Shown in pieces: positions 6,589 through 16,539 of a stretch of 64,000 bases of DNA (positions within the stretch are counted from its first letter, which is position 1; every line of letters starts with the position of its first letter). The position numbers and the translations under genes were made by a program. The stretch lies in the NCBI GenBank assembly GCA_900769475.1, contig CAAGGQ010000230.1:519-64518 (forward strand), written 5' to 3'. The DNA is from Clostridia bacterium. Its GTDB lineage: Bacteria; Bacillota; Clostridia; Oscillospirales; CAG-272. Below the pieces are notes generated by a model, which worked only from the letters and a program-made list of their open reading frames with translations, did not search any database and was not told where the DNA came from.

Positions 6589-7524
6589 TTAGAGCATTAT
6601 TTCGGAATTGGCCTTAATAACTACACCTTCACCATCAATCTTAACGTAGAGATCCACGGGAGAGGGATTTACGAGCTTTTCTTCGGTGATCTGCACGGCC
6701 TTTATTGCATCCTCGTAGTCAAAGATCTCTCCAACAGAGGCGTACCAGAAGTCCTTTGGACGGTTGCCGTACTTGTCGCAGAAGTCGATGAGAACGTCCC
6801 AGCAATCGGCGTTCTCAAAGTCGTGGGAGTGAACGCCAAAGCAGAAGAATTTCAGCTCGCCGTCATCAGTAAGGGCATCGTACTGCGCGCCACATTCCTC
6901 CATGCAGGTGCAGTTGGCGTTGTAGCTCCAGGTCATACGATCTGCGGGGAGGGCAAAATTGGTGGTATCCTTCACACATCCTGTCTTGCGGATCGAGCGG
7001 TAGCCTTGCTTTTTCAAGCCTTCAAAGACAACCTCGTTGGCTTGCGCACCATAGGGCCAGACAAAATCCTTGATGGTGCCTTTTCCAAAGACCCTTTCCA
7101 GTTCCTCGGTAGCATCCAGGGCGCAGGTAAGATACTTTTCGTCGGTTGCCACGTGCCACCACCTGTTGCGGGGGACTTCGTTACCCCAATAAAGGTTATC
7201 TTCCTCCGCGTGATAAAGGTAAGCGGGATCGGCGGTCGTCTTATCAAAAGCCTCCTCCGAAATCGGACGAAGGGGCATTTTAGGAGTGAATGCCATGGGA
7301 TGATATTTGCAGTGGTTGGAGATTTCATATCCTTTGTAAAAGGCGACGTATTCCTCGGGCGTGCCGCGCTTCAGGGGCGTGTTGAGATTGAAGGTACCCT
7401 TGAGTCCTGCGGGCTCGGTGATGTCGAGGAACTTTCTGTCCAGCTTCAGATTGCCGTCGTCAATGGTAAAGGTGATGCTTTTACGAACCCAACCGGGGAA
7501 GAAGTTCAAATCGATTTGTTTCAT
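6589..7524 (-). CDS. Polysaccharide deacetylase (NodB-homology) family protein
   Basis: ITFTIDDG motif near the N-terminus, and HSHDF later. SD AGAGAGGA lies 6 nt before the ATG at 7524. The 67-codon upstream extension in the track is Arg-rich and was rejected. Confidence 0.75.
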   Translation of the reverse strand: MKQIDLNFFPGWVRKSITFTIDDGNLKLDRKFLDITEPAGLKGTFNLNTPLKRGTPEEYVAFYKGYEISNHCKYHPMAFTPKMPLRPISEEAFDKTTADPAYLYHAEEDNLYWGNEVPRNRWWHVATDEKYLTCALDATEELERVFGKGTIKDFVWPYGAQANEVVFEGLKKQGYRSIRKTGCVKDTTNFALPADRMTWSYNANCTCMEECGAQYDALTDDGELKFFCFGVHSHDFENADCWDVLIDFCDKYGNRPKDFWYASVGEIFDYEDAIKAVQITEEKLVNPSPVDLYVKIDGEGVVIKANSEIML

Positions 7525-7778
7525 GATTGGTCCTCTCTTAAAGATGAAAATTGCAATACTCCTTAGCCACTTTTCTCTTTGACACCGTAGGTGCAAATGA
7601 GAAAAGGCTCCGCAAGCTCCGCCACAATCGCGAGCGATTGCCAAGCTTGCAAAAGAGAAACGCCGTTTATGGGTTTTCACGCTCTGCGGAGCGCGAGGAG
7701 GGCTTCGCGCCCTCCACCTGCGCAAACTTTTGAAAAAGTTTGATCAAGACTTTTGCTGCACAAAACTTGGTGTTTTGT

Positions 7779-10181
7779 TTAGCTTCTGAGCTCCAGACCC
7801 AGCTTGAATTTCAAGTCATTCAAGATCTTTTTGGAAACCTTGTCGGCTTCTTCCACCGTCAGAGTGCGATCTGCGGCACGAAGGGTTACACGGAAGGAAA
7901 CCGATTTCTTGCCCTCGCCCACCTGTGCACCGCGGTAGAGGTCGAACAGGTTCACGTTCTCTACCAGGTTTCCGCCGGCCTTGGCCATGGTGCTCTCAAT
8001 GGAGCCAACTTCCATTTCTTCGTTGCAAACAAAGGAGAAGTCACGGGTCGTGGCGGGGTACTTGGGCAGGGACTTGTAGGCCTTTTTCATGTTGGACTTT
8101 TCAAAAATACCGTCAAAATCCAGCTCGGCGATCATCACGGGCATGGAAAGATCGTAGTTTTGAGCCATGAGGGGATGAGCCTGACCAAAGATACCAAGCA
8201 CCGTGCCGTCCTCTGCCAGGATCTGAGCACATCTGCCGGGATGGTAAGCGGGATGCTCGCTGTAGGCGGCATAGGAGGCCTTGATTCCGGCCAGGGCAAG
8301 GATGTTCTCGCAAATGCCCTTGAGAACGTAGAAATCGGTGCTTCCGTAAGCGCCTACCGTCATGATCATCTTCTCGTCGGGCAGTTCGTTGACCGATTCC
8401 TTGGGAAGATAGATCTTGGCGATCTCAAAAAGAGTTACGTCTTCGTTGTTAAAGTTATTGTTGCGGGCAACCACTTCCATCATGGAGGGAAGGGCGGTGG
8501 TGCGCATCACGCTGGTGTCTTCGCCCAAGGGGTTGGAGATCACCACCGAGCGGCGCAGAGGATCGTTCGCGGCCATGCGAACCTTATCGTAATACTTGGG
8601 ACTGATGAAGGAGAAGGTGTGGATCTGAGAGGCTCCCATGCCCACCATTGCTTTTTCCACGTTGACCTCAAACTGCTGCTTGGCAGTTCTGCCGCCCAGG
8701 GTGGTTTGTGCATTCATAGTGGAGGATTCGATCTTATCGTAGCCGTAAACGCGGCAGACCTCCTCGGCAATATCGTTCATGCAGGCCAGATCGGAGCGGA
8801 AGGAAGGAACGTAGATCTTTCCGTCCTCAACACGGCAGCCCAGACCCTTCAGGGTGTTGATCATGTGCTCCTCGGGAATGTTCATGCCCAGGAATTCGTT
8901 GTATCTTGCGGGGGTGAAGGGAAGTACCGTTTGTTCTGCCTTGGTGGGGTAAACGTCAATGATGCCGTCCACCACGTCACCGGCGCCCAAAAGCTCTACC
9001 AGCTCGCAGGCGCGTTCCAGACCTGCCATGCAGTTCTCGGGATCCAGCCCCTTTTCAAAGCGAGCCGAGGATTCGGTACGCATGCCGTTCTTCTTTGCGG
9101 TCACACGAACCGACGCACCGTTAAAGCAGGCCGATTCGAATACCACGGTGGCGGTATCGTCCAGGATCTCGGAGTTGGCTCCGCCCATCACGCCTGCCAG
9201 AGCGCAGGCCTTTTTGCTGTCGGCAATCACCAGCATGGTATCGTCCAGGATGTGATCTATATCATCCAGGGATTTGAAGGCCTCGCCCTTTCCGGCGCGG
9301 CGTACGTCGATGGCGGCTCCGTCCAGGCACTTGTAATCAAAGGCATGCATGGGTTGGCCGTATTCCAGCATGACGTAGTTGGTAATATCAACGATGTTGT
9401 TGATGGGACGAACTCCCGACGCGCGCAGACGCATCCGCATCCACAGAGGCGAGGGCGCGATCTTTACGTTCTTCACTACTCTTGCACAGTAGCGGTAGCA
9501 GAGATCGGGGGCCGAGATCTTTACACCCAGGTAGTTCTCGATCTTGTCACCGTCTCCCGCACCCTTGACCATAGGAGCCTTTACCGTCAGCTCTTTATCA
9601 AAGGATACGGCGGTTTCCCGTGCCAGACCAATGACCGAAAGACAATCCGGGCGGTTGGAGGTGATTTCAAACTCTACCGAGGTATCCTTCAGCATCAGTA
9701 CGTCGCGAATGTCGTCGCCCAGGCGATCGGCACAATCCTCGTCCAGGATCAGAATACCGTTCTCTTCCTTGCCGGGGCACTCGTGGGGCGTCAGCTCCAA
9801 TTCGGCCATGGAGCAGAGCATACCGTTGGACTCCACGCCGCGGAGCTTGCCGGCCTTGATCACCACATCCCCGGGGAGCTTTGCCACGGGAAGGGCGGCG
9901 GGCACCAGAGCGCCCACAAATACGTTCTGCGCACCGGTCACGATCTGAATGTCATGTCCGTGTACATCACCTGCATCCAGCTTGCAGATCCACAGGTGAT
10001 CCGAGTTGGGATGCTTTTCCATGGCGGTCACCTTGGCTACCACCACGTTTTCAATATTGCTGCCAAGCTCTTCAAAGCCTTCTACCTTGGATCCGGTAAT
10101 GGTCAGCCGGTCGCAGTAGGTCTTATTATCGATTTCTTCAACGTGAACGAAATCGGAAAGCCAATTTCTGGAAAGATTCAT
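7779..10181 (-). CDS. pheT: Phenylalanine--tRNA ligase beta subunit
   Basis: 800 aa. N-terminus MNLSRNWLSDFV, with tRNA-binding, B3/4, B5 and FDX-ACB layout. Sits immediately downstream of pheS. Confidence 0.95.
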   Translation of the reverse strand: MNLSRNWLSDFVHVEEIDNKTYCDRLTITGSKVEGFEELGSNIENVVVAKVTAMEKHPNSDHLWICKLDAGDVHGHDIQIVTGAQNVFVGALVPAALPVAKLPGDVVIKAGKLRGVESNGMLCSMAELELTPHECPGKEENGILILDEDCADRLGDDIRDVLMLKDTSVEFEITSNRPDCLSVIGLARETAVSFDKELTVKAPMVKGAGDGDKIENYLGVKISAPDLCYRYCARVVKNVKIAPSPLWMRMRLRASGVRPINNIVDITNYVMLEYGQPMHAFDYKCLDGAAIDVRRAGKGEAFKSLDDIDHILDDTMLVIADSKKACALAGVMGGANSEILDDTATVVFESACFNGASVRVTAKKNGMRTESSARFEKGLDPENCMAGLERACELVELLGAGDVVDGIIDVYPTKAEQTVLPFTPARYNEFLGMNIPEEHMINTLKGLGCRVEDGKIYVPSFRSDLACMNDIAEEVCRVYGYDKIESSTMNAQTTLGGRTAKQQFEVNVEKAMVGMGASQIHTFSFISPKYYDKVRMAANDPLRRSVVISNPLGEDTSVMRTTALPSMMEVVARNNNFNNEDVTLFEIAKIYLPKESVNELPDEKMIMTVGAYGSTDFYVLKGICENILALAGIKASYAAYSEHPAYHPGRCAQILAEDGTVLGIFGQAHPLMAQNYDLSMPVMIAELDFDGIFEKSNMKKAYKSLPKYPATTRDFSFVCNEEMEVGSIESTMAKAGGNLVENVNLFDLYRGAQVGEGKKSVSFRVTLRAADRTLTVEEADKVSKKILNDLKFKLGLELRS

Positions 10182-10197
10182 GTTTGTTTACCTCCTA

Positions 10198-11211
10198 TCA
10201 GAACTGGTCGAGGAAGCGTTCGTCGTTTTCATAGAACAAACGAATGTCGTCGATGCCGTAACGGGTCATGGCAATGCGCTCCAGACCCAAGCCAAAGGCA
10301 AATCCGGAGTATTCCTCGGGATCAATGCCGCAGTTAGAAAGAACGAAGGGATGCACCATGCCGGCGCCCAGGATTTCGATCCAACCCTCGCCCTTGCACA
10401 GGCGACAACCCTTGCCACCACAAACGAAGCAGGAAACATCTACTTCTGCCGAGGGCTCGGTGAAGGGGAAGTGGTGTGGACGGAAGCGGATGCGGGTGCT
10501 CTCACCAAAGAGCTTCTTTGCAAAGATCTCCAAGGTTCCCTTCAGATCGCCCATGGTAATGCCCTTGTCAACCACAAGACCCTCCAGCTGATGGAACAGG
10601 GGAGAGTGGGTAGCGTCCAAAGCGTCGGAGCGGTATACGCGACCGGGGGAAATGATGCGGATCGGAGGCTTTTGATGCTCCATGGTACGTACCTGCACCG
10701 GGGAGGTTTGGGAGCGCAGAAGTACATTTTCGCCAATATAGAAGGTGTCCTGGGTATCTCTTGCAGGGTGGTTTTCGGGAATGTTCAGCGCTTGGAAGTT
10801 ATAGTAATCCAGCTCTACCTCGGGGCCTTCTACGATGGAGAAGCCCATACCGATAAAGATGTCCTCCAGCTCTCTTTGTACCTGGGTCAGAGGATGAATG
10901 TGACCCACGGGAGCTGCCTTGGCAGGCATAGTAACGTCCAGCTTTTCGGCCTTCAGTTTTTCTTCCAGGGCTTTGGCCTGCTTTTGCTGCGCCATCACAG
11001 CAAGGGCGTTTTCAATGTCGGCGCGCACTTCATTGGCAAGTTGGCCAATGATGGGGCGTTCCTCGGCACTCAGGGCACCCATGCCGCGCAGAACCGCGGT
11101 AAGTTCGCCTTTTTTGCCAAGATATTTGATTTTGATCTGTTCGGGATCGGCACCTTCTGCATGGATCTGCTCCAGGGCTTCGTTCCGAATACGAGAAAGC
11201 TTTTCTTTCAT
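10198..11211 (-). CDS. pheS: Phenylalanine--tRNA ligase alpha subunit
   Basis: [23 protein letters not shown] and GAGMVHP class II motifs. The start at MKEKLSRI (ATG 11211) lies downstream of the T-box terminator. Confidence 0.95.
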   Translation of the reverse strand: MKEKLSRIRNEALEQIHAEGADPEQIKIKYLGKKGELTAVLRGMGALSAEERPIIGQLANEVRADIENALAVMAQQKQAKALEEKLKAEKLDVTMPAKAAPVGHIHPLTQVQRELEDIFIGMGFSIVEGPEVELDYYNFQALNIPENHPARDTQDTFYIGENVLLRSQTSPVQVRTMEHQKPPIRIISPGRVYRSDALDATHSPLFHQLEGLVVDKGITMGDLKGTLEIFAKKLFGESTRIRFRPHHFPFTEPSAEVDVSCFVCGGKGCRLCKGEGWIEILGAGMVHPFVLSNCGIDPEEYSGFAFGLGLERIAMTRYGIDDIRLFYENDERFLDQF

Positions 11212-11524
11212 TTGGGAGAATCTTCCTTTCTTTTTTTGTGTTTTTGTTCGGGCAGGGCAATAAAAAAAGCCCGTCCCAAGATCAGGACGAGGCGAAAAAC
11301 GCTCGCGGTACCACCCGAATTCCGAAGGGAGTCCCTTCGACACTCTTTGACGGATAACGGTGTCGGCCGTATCGAACTACACACAAGTTTCCTTGCTTTC
11401 CTCCGATCAACTCCGAAGCGAAATGCACAAGCCGAAAAGGGTACGCCGCTTACAGCCGGGGCGGCACTCTCTGAAACGCCTTTGCAACGGTTGGCAAACT
11501 TCATCACAGTCTTTCTTTCTACAT
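11212..11524 (-). promoter_or_regulatory. T-box leader (tRNA-Phe-responsive riboswitch) of pheST
   Basis: The minus strand reads AATTCGGGTGGTACCGCG (11321-11304), the conserved T-box sequence. An AGAGA box is at 11473-11465. A terminator stem and U7 run lie at 11300-11262. Candidate UUC specifier codons are at 11422-11415. Confidence 0.8.
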
Positions 11525-11530
11525 TTATAT

Positions 11531-11559
11531 AGTATAGCATATCTTTGCGCGTTTTGCAA
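11531..11559 (-). promoter_or_regulatory. SigA-type promoter of the pheST leader
   Basis: Minus strand TTGCAA, 17 nt, TGcTATACT. Confidence 0.6.
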
Positions 11560-11569
11560 GTGCTTTTTG

Positions 11570-11610
11570 AAAAAAAAACGAAAAAAGGAACCGACGGTAA
11601 CGTCGGTTCC
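11570..11610 (-). terminator. Intrinsic terminator of the peptide-binding protein gene
   Basis: Stem ggaaccgacg/cgtcggttcc, GTAA loop, long U-run on the minus strand (A-run 11570-11586 on +). Confidence 0.7.
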
Positions 11611-11619
11611 TTAATAAAA

Positions 11620-13770
11620 TTATTTCGTTTCTTCGGGTTCTACGTAGCCCTTCTTGCTCCAATCCACAGCGGGGAAGCCTTCCAGAACCGGAACGTAATC
11701 CTGGTAATCCTTCAGGTTGGTCTTGCGGAAGTAAGCGGGAATGTAGTAGGTAGAAGATACCTTGGTCAGCTCATCGCTTACCAGAACGGCATTCTCGTTG
11801 AATACCACGGGGATCACGGGCATATCCTTGAGCAGCACCTCTTCTGCCTTGTGGAGCAGGATGGACTTCTGCTTGGTCCACTCGGAAGCCTTGGTGGTGG
11901 GGGTAATACCGTTGGCTTCGTAGATAGCCTTGATCTTGTTGTAGAGAGTCTTGAATTCCTCAGCGGTGTCGTACAGACCCAGGAAGCTGGAGCTCTCCTC
12001 GGTCAGGGAAGCAAAGTAGGGAATATAGTAGATGGCTTCCATCAGATCGTTGTACTCCTGGCTGGTGTAGCCGGTGCTGTTGGGGGTGAGGGCGTACTCA
12101 CCGTCCACCAACTGCAGAGCCATACCCGAGAAGGAGTTGGCAAAATTGGAGAGCATGGAGTAAGCGTCGGCAGAGAAGGCGTTGTAATCAAAGGCGATCA
12201 CTTCGTACTTGTTTCTCTGAATGGATTCGATAAACAGATCGTCGCAAACATCGTTGGGAACCGAGGCGGTTTCCTTGTAGTAGTCGTTGTTGGTGATCAC
12301 GAAGATCTCTTCCATGGTTACGTTAAAGCCAAGCTCCTGCCAAGCGGCAACGATCATCTTGGTAATGGCAACATTTACTTCGTCATTGCCGGCAACCTTT
12401 ACGGTAAAGGTGTACTTGGAGGGGGTAATGCCTGCGGCGGTCAAGAGCTCCTGCGCCTTGGCAATGTTCTTGGAGGTGGCGATCAGATCACCGCCCTCGG
12501 TGCGGAATTCCTTCTTCTTGTTGTTGGTTTCGAAAACGCCGGGGCAAACCAGACCGGTAGCGGCCTTGGCGTAAACCACAGCCTCTGCAATGGCCTGACG
12601 GTCGATGGCCAGGGACAGAGCGTTGCGAACATTGGCATCGGCGAACAGCTTGGAGCCGTCACCGCCGTCATTGATCAGAGCGTTCTCGTTCATGTAAAGA
12701 ACGAAGGTGGAGAGTGCGTTGGTGGTCTGTACGTTTTCCTTTACAAAGGCGTCACCGCGCAGGGAAAGGGGAATGTTACCAACGTAGAAGATGCGGCCGG
12801 CCTTGTACTCCTCCAGGAGCTGAGCCTCGGTCATGGAGCAATCCACCAGAATACGGTAGTTGGTAACCGATTCGTCGATGGAATCTCTCTCGGTATCACG
12901 GTAGTAGTATACGTTTCTTTCCAGGTAGAAGAAGTTGATCTTCTTACGAACGTAGGAGCCGCTGCCAATGGTGCCCTTTTCTACGTCCTCCTCCAGGCCG
13001 TAGTAGCCTTCGTCAAAGGCGTAGTCATCCTCAACCTTTACTTCGATCTCCTGGCCTTCTACAACTTCACCCTTGGAGTTGAGCAGAGGCTCGGTCACGT
13101 CCTTGTAGTTGATCTTACCGATCTTGTAGGCACCGCTGGTTACCATGGTGGAGGGCTTCTTTGCCCAGTCTGCATTCTTGGTAACGTAGTTCTCGTAAAG
13201 CGGAGCGGTAGCAACGCTAGTCAGATTCAGAAGGAACTGATCGTAATCGATGGGACCTTCAAAGGTGATCTTTACCACGTTGATTGCTACGGCCTCAACG
13301 CCCAGATCGTCAATGGAAACGTCGCCTTCCTTGATGGCACGAGCGTTCTTGATGTCGTAGAGCAGAGAAGCTGCCGCAAAGTTATTGTTGGAGTTTACCA
13401 AACGCTTCCATGCAAACACAACGTCATCGGCACTCAGCTGGGTACCGTTGCTCCAGCAGGTCTCGTTCAGAATCAGCTCCATGGTGTATTCGTTCTTGGT
13501 AGGATCTTCTACAATCTTGTATTCCTCAACCAAGGATTCCTTTACCTTGCCATCCTTATCCAGGGTAAAGAGGGTATCAAACAGGAGGCCCACGATGTTG
13601 AGGGAATCCTTGTTGTAATACGCGTTGGCGGGATCAAAATCAAAGGTGTCGCTGGTCAGATACATGGTGATGTATGCGCCAACGTCATCATCGTCCTTTT
13701 TCGCACAGGAAGCGAAGCAGGGAATGAGCATGAACGCGCACAGAAGAAGTGCAATGATCCGTTTTGACAT
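11620..13770 (-). CDS. ABC transporter substrate-binding lipoprotein, family 5 (peptide/nickel type)
   Basis: Signal peptide with lipobox MSKRIIALLLCAFMLIPCFASC. The size (716 aa) and overall composition resemble oligopeptide-binding proteins. AGGAGGA lies upstream of the ATG at 13770. Confidence 0.8.
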   Translation of the reverse strand: MSKRIIALLLCAFMLIPCFASCAKKDDDDVGAYITMYLTSDTFDFDPANAYYNKDSLNIVGLLFDTLFTLDKDGKVKESLVEEYKIVEDPTKNEYTMELILNETCWSNGTQLSADDVVFAWKRLVNSNNNFAAASLLYDIKNARAIKEGDVSIDDLGVEAVAINVVKITFEGPIDYDQFLLNLTSVATAPLYENYVTKNADWAKKPSTMVTSGAYKIGKINYKDVTEPLLNSKGEVVEGQEIEVKVEDDYAFDEGYYGLEEDVEKGTIGSGSYVRKKINFFYLERNVYYYRDTERDSIDESVTNYRILVDCSMTEAQLLEEYKAGRIFYVGNIPLSLRGDAFVKENVQTTNALSTFVLYMNENALINDGGDGSKLFADANVRNALSLAIDRQAIAEAVVYAKAATGLVCPGVFETNNKKKEFRTEGGDLIATSKNIAKAQELLTAAGITPSKYTFTVKVAGNDEVNVAITKMIVAAWQELGFNVTMEEIFVITNNDYYKETASVPNDVCDDLFIESIQRNKYEVIAFDYNAFSADAYSMLSNFANSFSGMALQLVDGEYALTPNSTGYTSQEYNDLMEAIYYIPYFASLTEESSSFLGLYDTAEEFKTLYNKIKAIYEANGITPTTKASEWTKQKSILLHKAEEVLLKDMPVIPVVFNENAVLVSDELTKVSSTYYIPAYFRKTNLKDYQDYVPVLEGFPAVDWSKKGYVEPEETK

Positions 13771-13838
13771 GGTACTGTAAATCCTCCTAATAATAAAGAA
13801 ATCGGAATTCGGCGTCAAGGCGCCATATGTACCCCTAT

Positions 13839-13867
13839 ATTATATACTATTTTTCATCCGATTTCAA
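13839..13867 (-). promoter_or_regulatory. SigA-type promoter of the substrate-binding protein gene
   Basis: Minus strand TTGAAA, 17 nt, TATAAT. Confidence 0.5.
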
Positions 13868-13888
13868 TAGATTCCCAAATCTTTTCGT

Positions 13889-13918
13889 GTATATTTTGTT
13901 AATTTTCTTGCCAAAGTA
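13889..13918 (+). promoter_or_regulatory. Possible forespore (SigG/SigF-type) promoter of gpr
   Basis: GTATA, 18 nt, CAAAGTA compared with the SigG consensus GHATR-N18-CATNNTA. About 35 nt upstream of the RBS. Confidence 0.3.
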
Positions 13919-13958
13919 AGGTTAAAATTTACTTTTTTACGAAACGTGGAGGGGAAAA

Positions 13959-14843
13959 ATGAACTTTAACGCAAGAACCGACCTGGCCTGTGAGGCCTCC
14001 TGGCGCAGTGCCGGGACAAGGAAAGCACAACGGGAGCGACGGGAAAAGCTCGGACCCTTCGCGGTATCCGAGCTCCTGGTGCGAGCGGAGGAGGTAGAAG
14101 AATCTTCCATGGCGCCCGGGCATTATCTTACCGTGGAATGTGGAAAAATGAACTTGCTTGGCGAGGAGGACGAGGCCCTTCTGGTGCATTTACTGGCAGG
14201 AAAGCTGAGAGGAATGGCACAAAAAGCTACGGGAAAGCCCCTGGGATCCTCCTTCAGCGTCTTCGTGGCAGGGCTTGGAAACGCCGAGATGACCGCTGAC
14301 GCCATCGGTCCCAAGACCGTGGGGTATCTTACGGCCACTCGCCATTTGCAGGAACATGAGGCGGCGCTGTATCAATCCATCGGCTGTACCGCGCTTTCTC
14401 TGTTAGCCCCCGGGGTGCTGGGACAGACCGGGATCGAGACCTGCGAGCTTCTCAAAAGCGTTGTTGACCACGTGCATCCCGACCTGGTGATCGCGGTGGA
14501 CGCGCTGGCGGCCAGAAATTGCGATCGTTTGGCTTCCACTGTGCAGATCTCGGATGCCGGCATCGCGCCCGGCTCGGGGGTGGGAAACCATCGCGCGGCG
14601 CTCTCCCGCCAAACGCTGGGCGTCCCCGTGCTGGCGCTGGGGGTTCCCACGGTGGTGGATTCAGCAACCCTGGTCTACGATGCCCTGCAAGAGGCGGGGA
14701 TCCGGGAGATTGGGGATCCCTTGGCCCGCGTGCTGGAGAACGGGCGCTCCTTCTTTGTTTCTCCCAGAGAGAGCGACGTGATCACCGAGCGGGTGGCGCG
14801 TCTGCTGTCCTCATCCATTGCCGCTGCCTTTACGGGACTTTGA
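13959..14843 (+). CDS. gpr: GPR endopeptidase (spore germination protease)
   Basis: N-terminus RTDLACEA, then AGLGNAEMTADAIGP, VDALAA and GIAPGSGVGNHR, characteristic of peptidase A25. Confidence 0.9.
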   Translation: MNFNARTDLACEASWRSAGTRKAQRERREKLGPFAVSELLVRAEEVEESSMAPGHYLTVECGKMNLLGEEDEALLVHLLAGKLRGMAQKATGKPLGSSFSVFVAGLGNAEMTADAIGPKTVGYLTATRHLQEHEAALYQSIGCTALSLLAPGVLGQTGIETCELLKSVVDHVHPDLVIAVDALAARNCDRLASTVQISDAGIAPGSGVGNHRAALSRQTLGVPVLALGVPTVVDSATLVYDALQEAGIREIGDPLARVLENGRSFFVSPRESDVITERVARLLSSSIAAAFTGL

Positions 14844-14925
14844 GCGGGGAATGGCATAAAGACGCGCCGCGCCGCATAGAGTGAAGCAGACGCGGCCCGG
14901 AGCCGCGCGGGGAAGGAGAACGAAG

Positions 14926-15981
14926 ATGGAATCGCAAAAACAACCGTTACTGATGTCCACCGGGGACGAGCCAATCGTCCTGTCCTCACAGCGAGGCGGA
15001 GCCTCACGGGTCTTTTGTATTTTTTTGATCGGGTGCGCCCTGCTGGTGGCCCTGTTTGCCGTGGTGGCTATTGCCATGCACGGAAATCCCATGGGATTCT
15101 TTCAAGGCTTGTTTCCGGGGATCTCTACCGATGAAGCCGGCCCGCCATCCGTCACTTCGCCTTCTACAACACAGCCACCTTCCTCAGAGCCGTCCCCGAC
15201 TCCCGAGCAGACTCCCATTGTGGAAATGGATCTTTCTTATCTTTCTTTGGGAGAAGGCTATTTGCATAATGAAACCCCCTATACTCCAAACGTAGAGGCG
15301 CTGCTTTCCGCGCCGTTGCCAAAGTTAACGGGAGAGGGTCCCCGGGTATTGATCCTGCATACCCACACCGGGGAGAGCTATCTTTCAGAGGGAACGACCG
15401 TGCTGGACGGCCTTCCAGGGGATCTGACCTACAGTCGGGATGCCGAGCGGAACGTGCTTGCGGTGGGGGAGGAGCTCTGCCGTGTACTGAACGCGCGGGG
15501 GATCGAGACGATCCATTGCACAACTCTTCACGACGATCCCGATCTGCGAAATGCCTACGCTCGCTCCCGGGAAACCGTGCAAGCCTATCTGGAGCGTTAT
15601 CCCGGCATCGTTTACGTCATCGACCTCCATCGGGATGCGATTCTGACGGGGGACGGGGAATACGTTCGCCCCTTGACCCCCGACGGGGAGGGGGTGGCTC
15701 AGGTTATGGCCGTGGTGGGAAGTGACTGCAACGGCACGGTCTACGATTGGGAGCAGAATCTGGCGCTGGCGTTACAGCTCCGTCAGCGGCTGAATCAGCG
15801 GTGTCCCGCCCTGTGCCGTCCCGTGTCTTTGCGCCGCGCCTCCTATCATCAGGAGCTGGCGCCCGGGTACCTTTTGCTGGAGATCGGGAGCGGTGCCAAT
15901 ACTCCGGAGCAGGCAAAGCGAGCCGCCGCATTGGTAGGGGAGACCCTTGCTGATCTGCTACTGGATTCCCAATACGAATAA
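14926..15981 (+). CDS. spoIIP: Stage II sporulation protein P
   Basis: LILHTHTGESY and DLHRD motifs and an N-terminal TM. Conserved gpr-spoIIP neighbourhood. GGAAGGAGA lies before the ATG at 14926. Confidence 0.85.
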   Translation: MESQKQPLLMSTGDEPIVLSSQRGGASRVFCIFLIGCALLVALFAVVAIAMHGNPMGFFQGLFPGISTDEAGPPSVTSPSTTQPPSSEPSPTPEQTPIVEMDLSYLSLGEGYLHNETPYTPNVEALLSAPLPKLTGEGPRVLILHTHTGESYLSEGTTVLDGLPGDLTYSRDAERNVLAVGEELCRVLNARGIETIHCTTLHDDPDLRNAYARSRETVQAYLERYPGIVYVIDLHRDAILTGDGEYVRPLTPDGEGVAQVMAVVGSDCNGTVYDWEQNLALALQLRQRLNQRCPALCRPVSLRRASYHQELAPGYLLLEIGSGANTPEQAKRAAALVGETLADLLLDSQYE

Positions 15982-15985
15982 AAAA

Positions 15986-16016
15986 CACGGCCGTTGACGT
16001 TGCGTCAACGGCCGTG
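15986..16016. terminator. Bidirectional hairpin terminator
   Basis: 14-bp perfect stem cacggccgttgacg/cgtcaacggccgtg. An A-run upstream supplies the U-tract for the minus-strand gene. Confidence 0.6.
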
Positions 16017-16029
16017 GAACGTTGTTATT

Positions 16030-16368
16030 TTAGTCTTCCTTTTTTGCGGGTTTACCCTTCAGACAAAGGTATTCCACCAGCAATAGGCCGGCACCAATCA
16101 AAAGTCCCATGCCCAATCCCAGCGTACCGCGCTCCATGGCGCCAATGACCCCCACAAAGCCCACCAGGCAAAGTGCAACCGATACCACGCGGACCCATCT
16201 GCGTGTCTCTTGAGAGCACAGGCAACGGCGCATGATAAAAAGGAAGGAAAGGATCGAATCCAGCACCTTTTGTGCACTCGTTCTATAGCTTCTGGCATCG
16301 GTAAAAAAAGTCTCGAAAATTCCACTATCGGAATCAATTCTGCTGCTGTTATCCATATAACGATTCAT
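16030..16368 (-). CDS. Small hypothetical membrane protein
   Basis: 112 aa. Two C-terminal hydrophobic helices (VVSVALCLVGFVGVIGA, LGMGLLIGAGLLLV). GGAGGA lies upstream of the ATG at 16368. Confidence 0.5.
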   Translation of the reverse strand: MNRYMDNSSRIDSDSGIFETFFTDARSYRTSAQKVLDSILSFLFIMRRCLCSQETRRWVRVVSVALCLVGFVGVIGAMERGTLGLGMGLLIGAGLLLVEYLCLKGKPAKKED

Positions 16369-16481
16369 AAAATCCTCCAAAAATACCAAAACTGGAATTT
16401 CTTACATGCGCATTATAACACCTTTTTGTGCGTTTGTCAATAGATTTTTTCCAAAAAAAGAAAAAATATTTTAAAAACCTC

Positions 16482-16509
16482 TTTACAAATTCCAAAAAAG
16501 TGGTATAAT
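16482..16509 (+). promoter_or_regulatory. SigA-type promoter of the XRE-S24/radC operon
   Basis: TTTACA, 16 nt, TGgTATAAT, preceded by A/T-rich tracts. Confidence 0.5.
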
Positions 16510-16539
16510 AGTATCGTAAACGGAAAAGGGAGGTCGAAC

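Noticed and set aside
7525-7725. N-terminal extensions offered by the ORF track, here for the deacetylase. Similar extensions occur for pheS (to 11343), nnr (from 23513), radC (from 17295), the FAD oxidoreductase (from 49261), GntR (from 56975), ychF (to 61212) and the PnuC-like gene (to 63842).
   Set aside because: In each case an internal ATG or TTG with a good SD gives the canonical family N-terminus. The extension overlaps a leader RNA, promoter or terminator.
7740-10337. 865-aa ORF on the plus strand covering the whole of pheT and part of pheS
   Set aside because: It is exactly antisense to genes with unmistakable PheT/PheS motifs. The translation is low-complexity (G/V/L/H/D-rich) with no recognisable domain. 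Long open antisense frames are expected when the sense codon usage avoids TTA/CTA/TCA.
11545-13767. 740-aa plus-strand ORF opposite the family 5 substrate-binding protein gene
   Set aside because: Same antisense-frame artefact. It has no RBS or promoter logic, and its start lies within the pheS leader promoter/terminator region.
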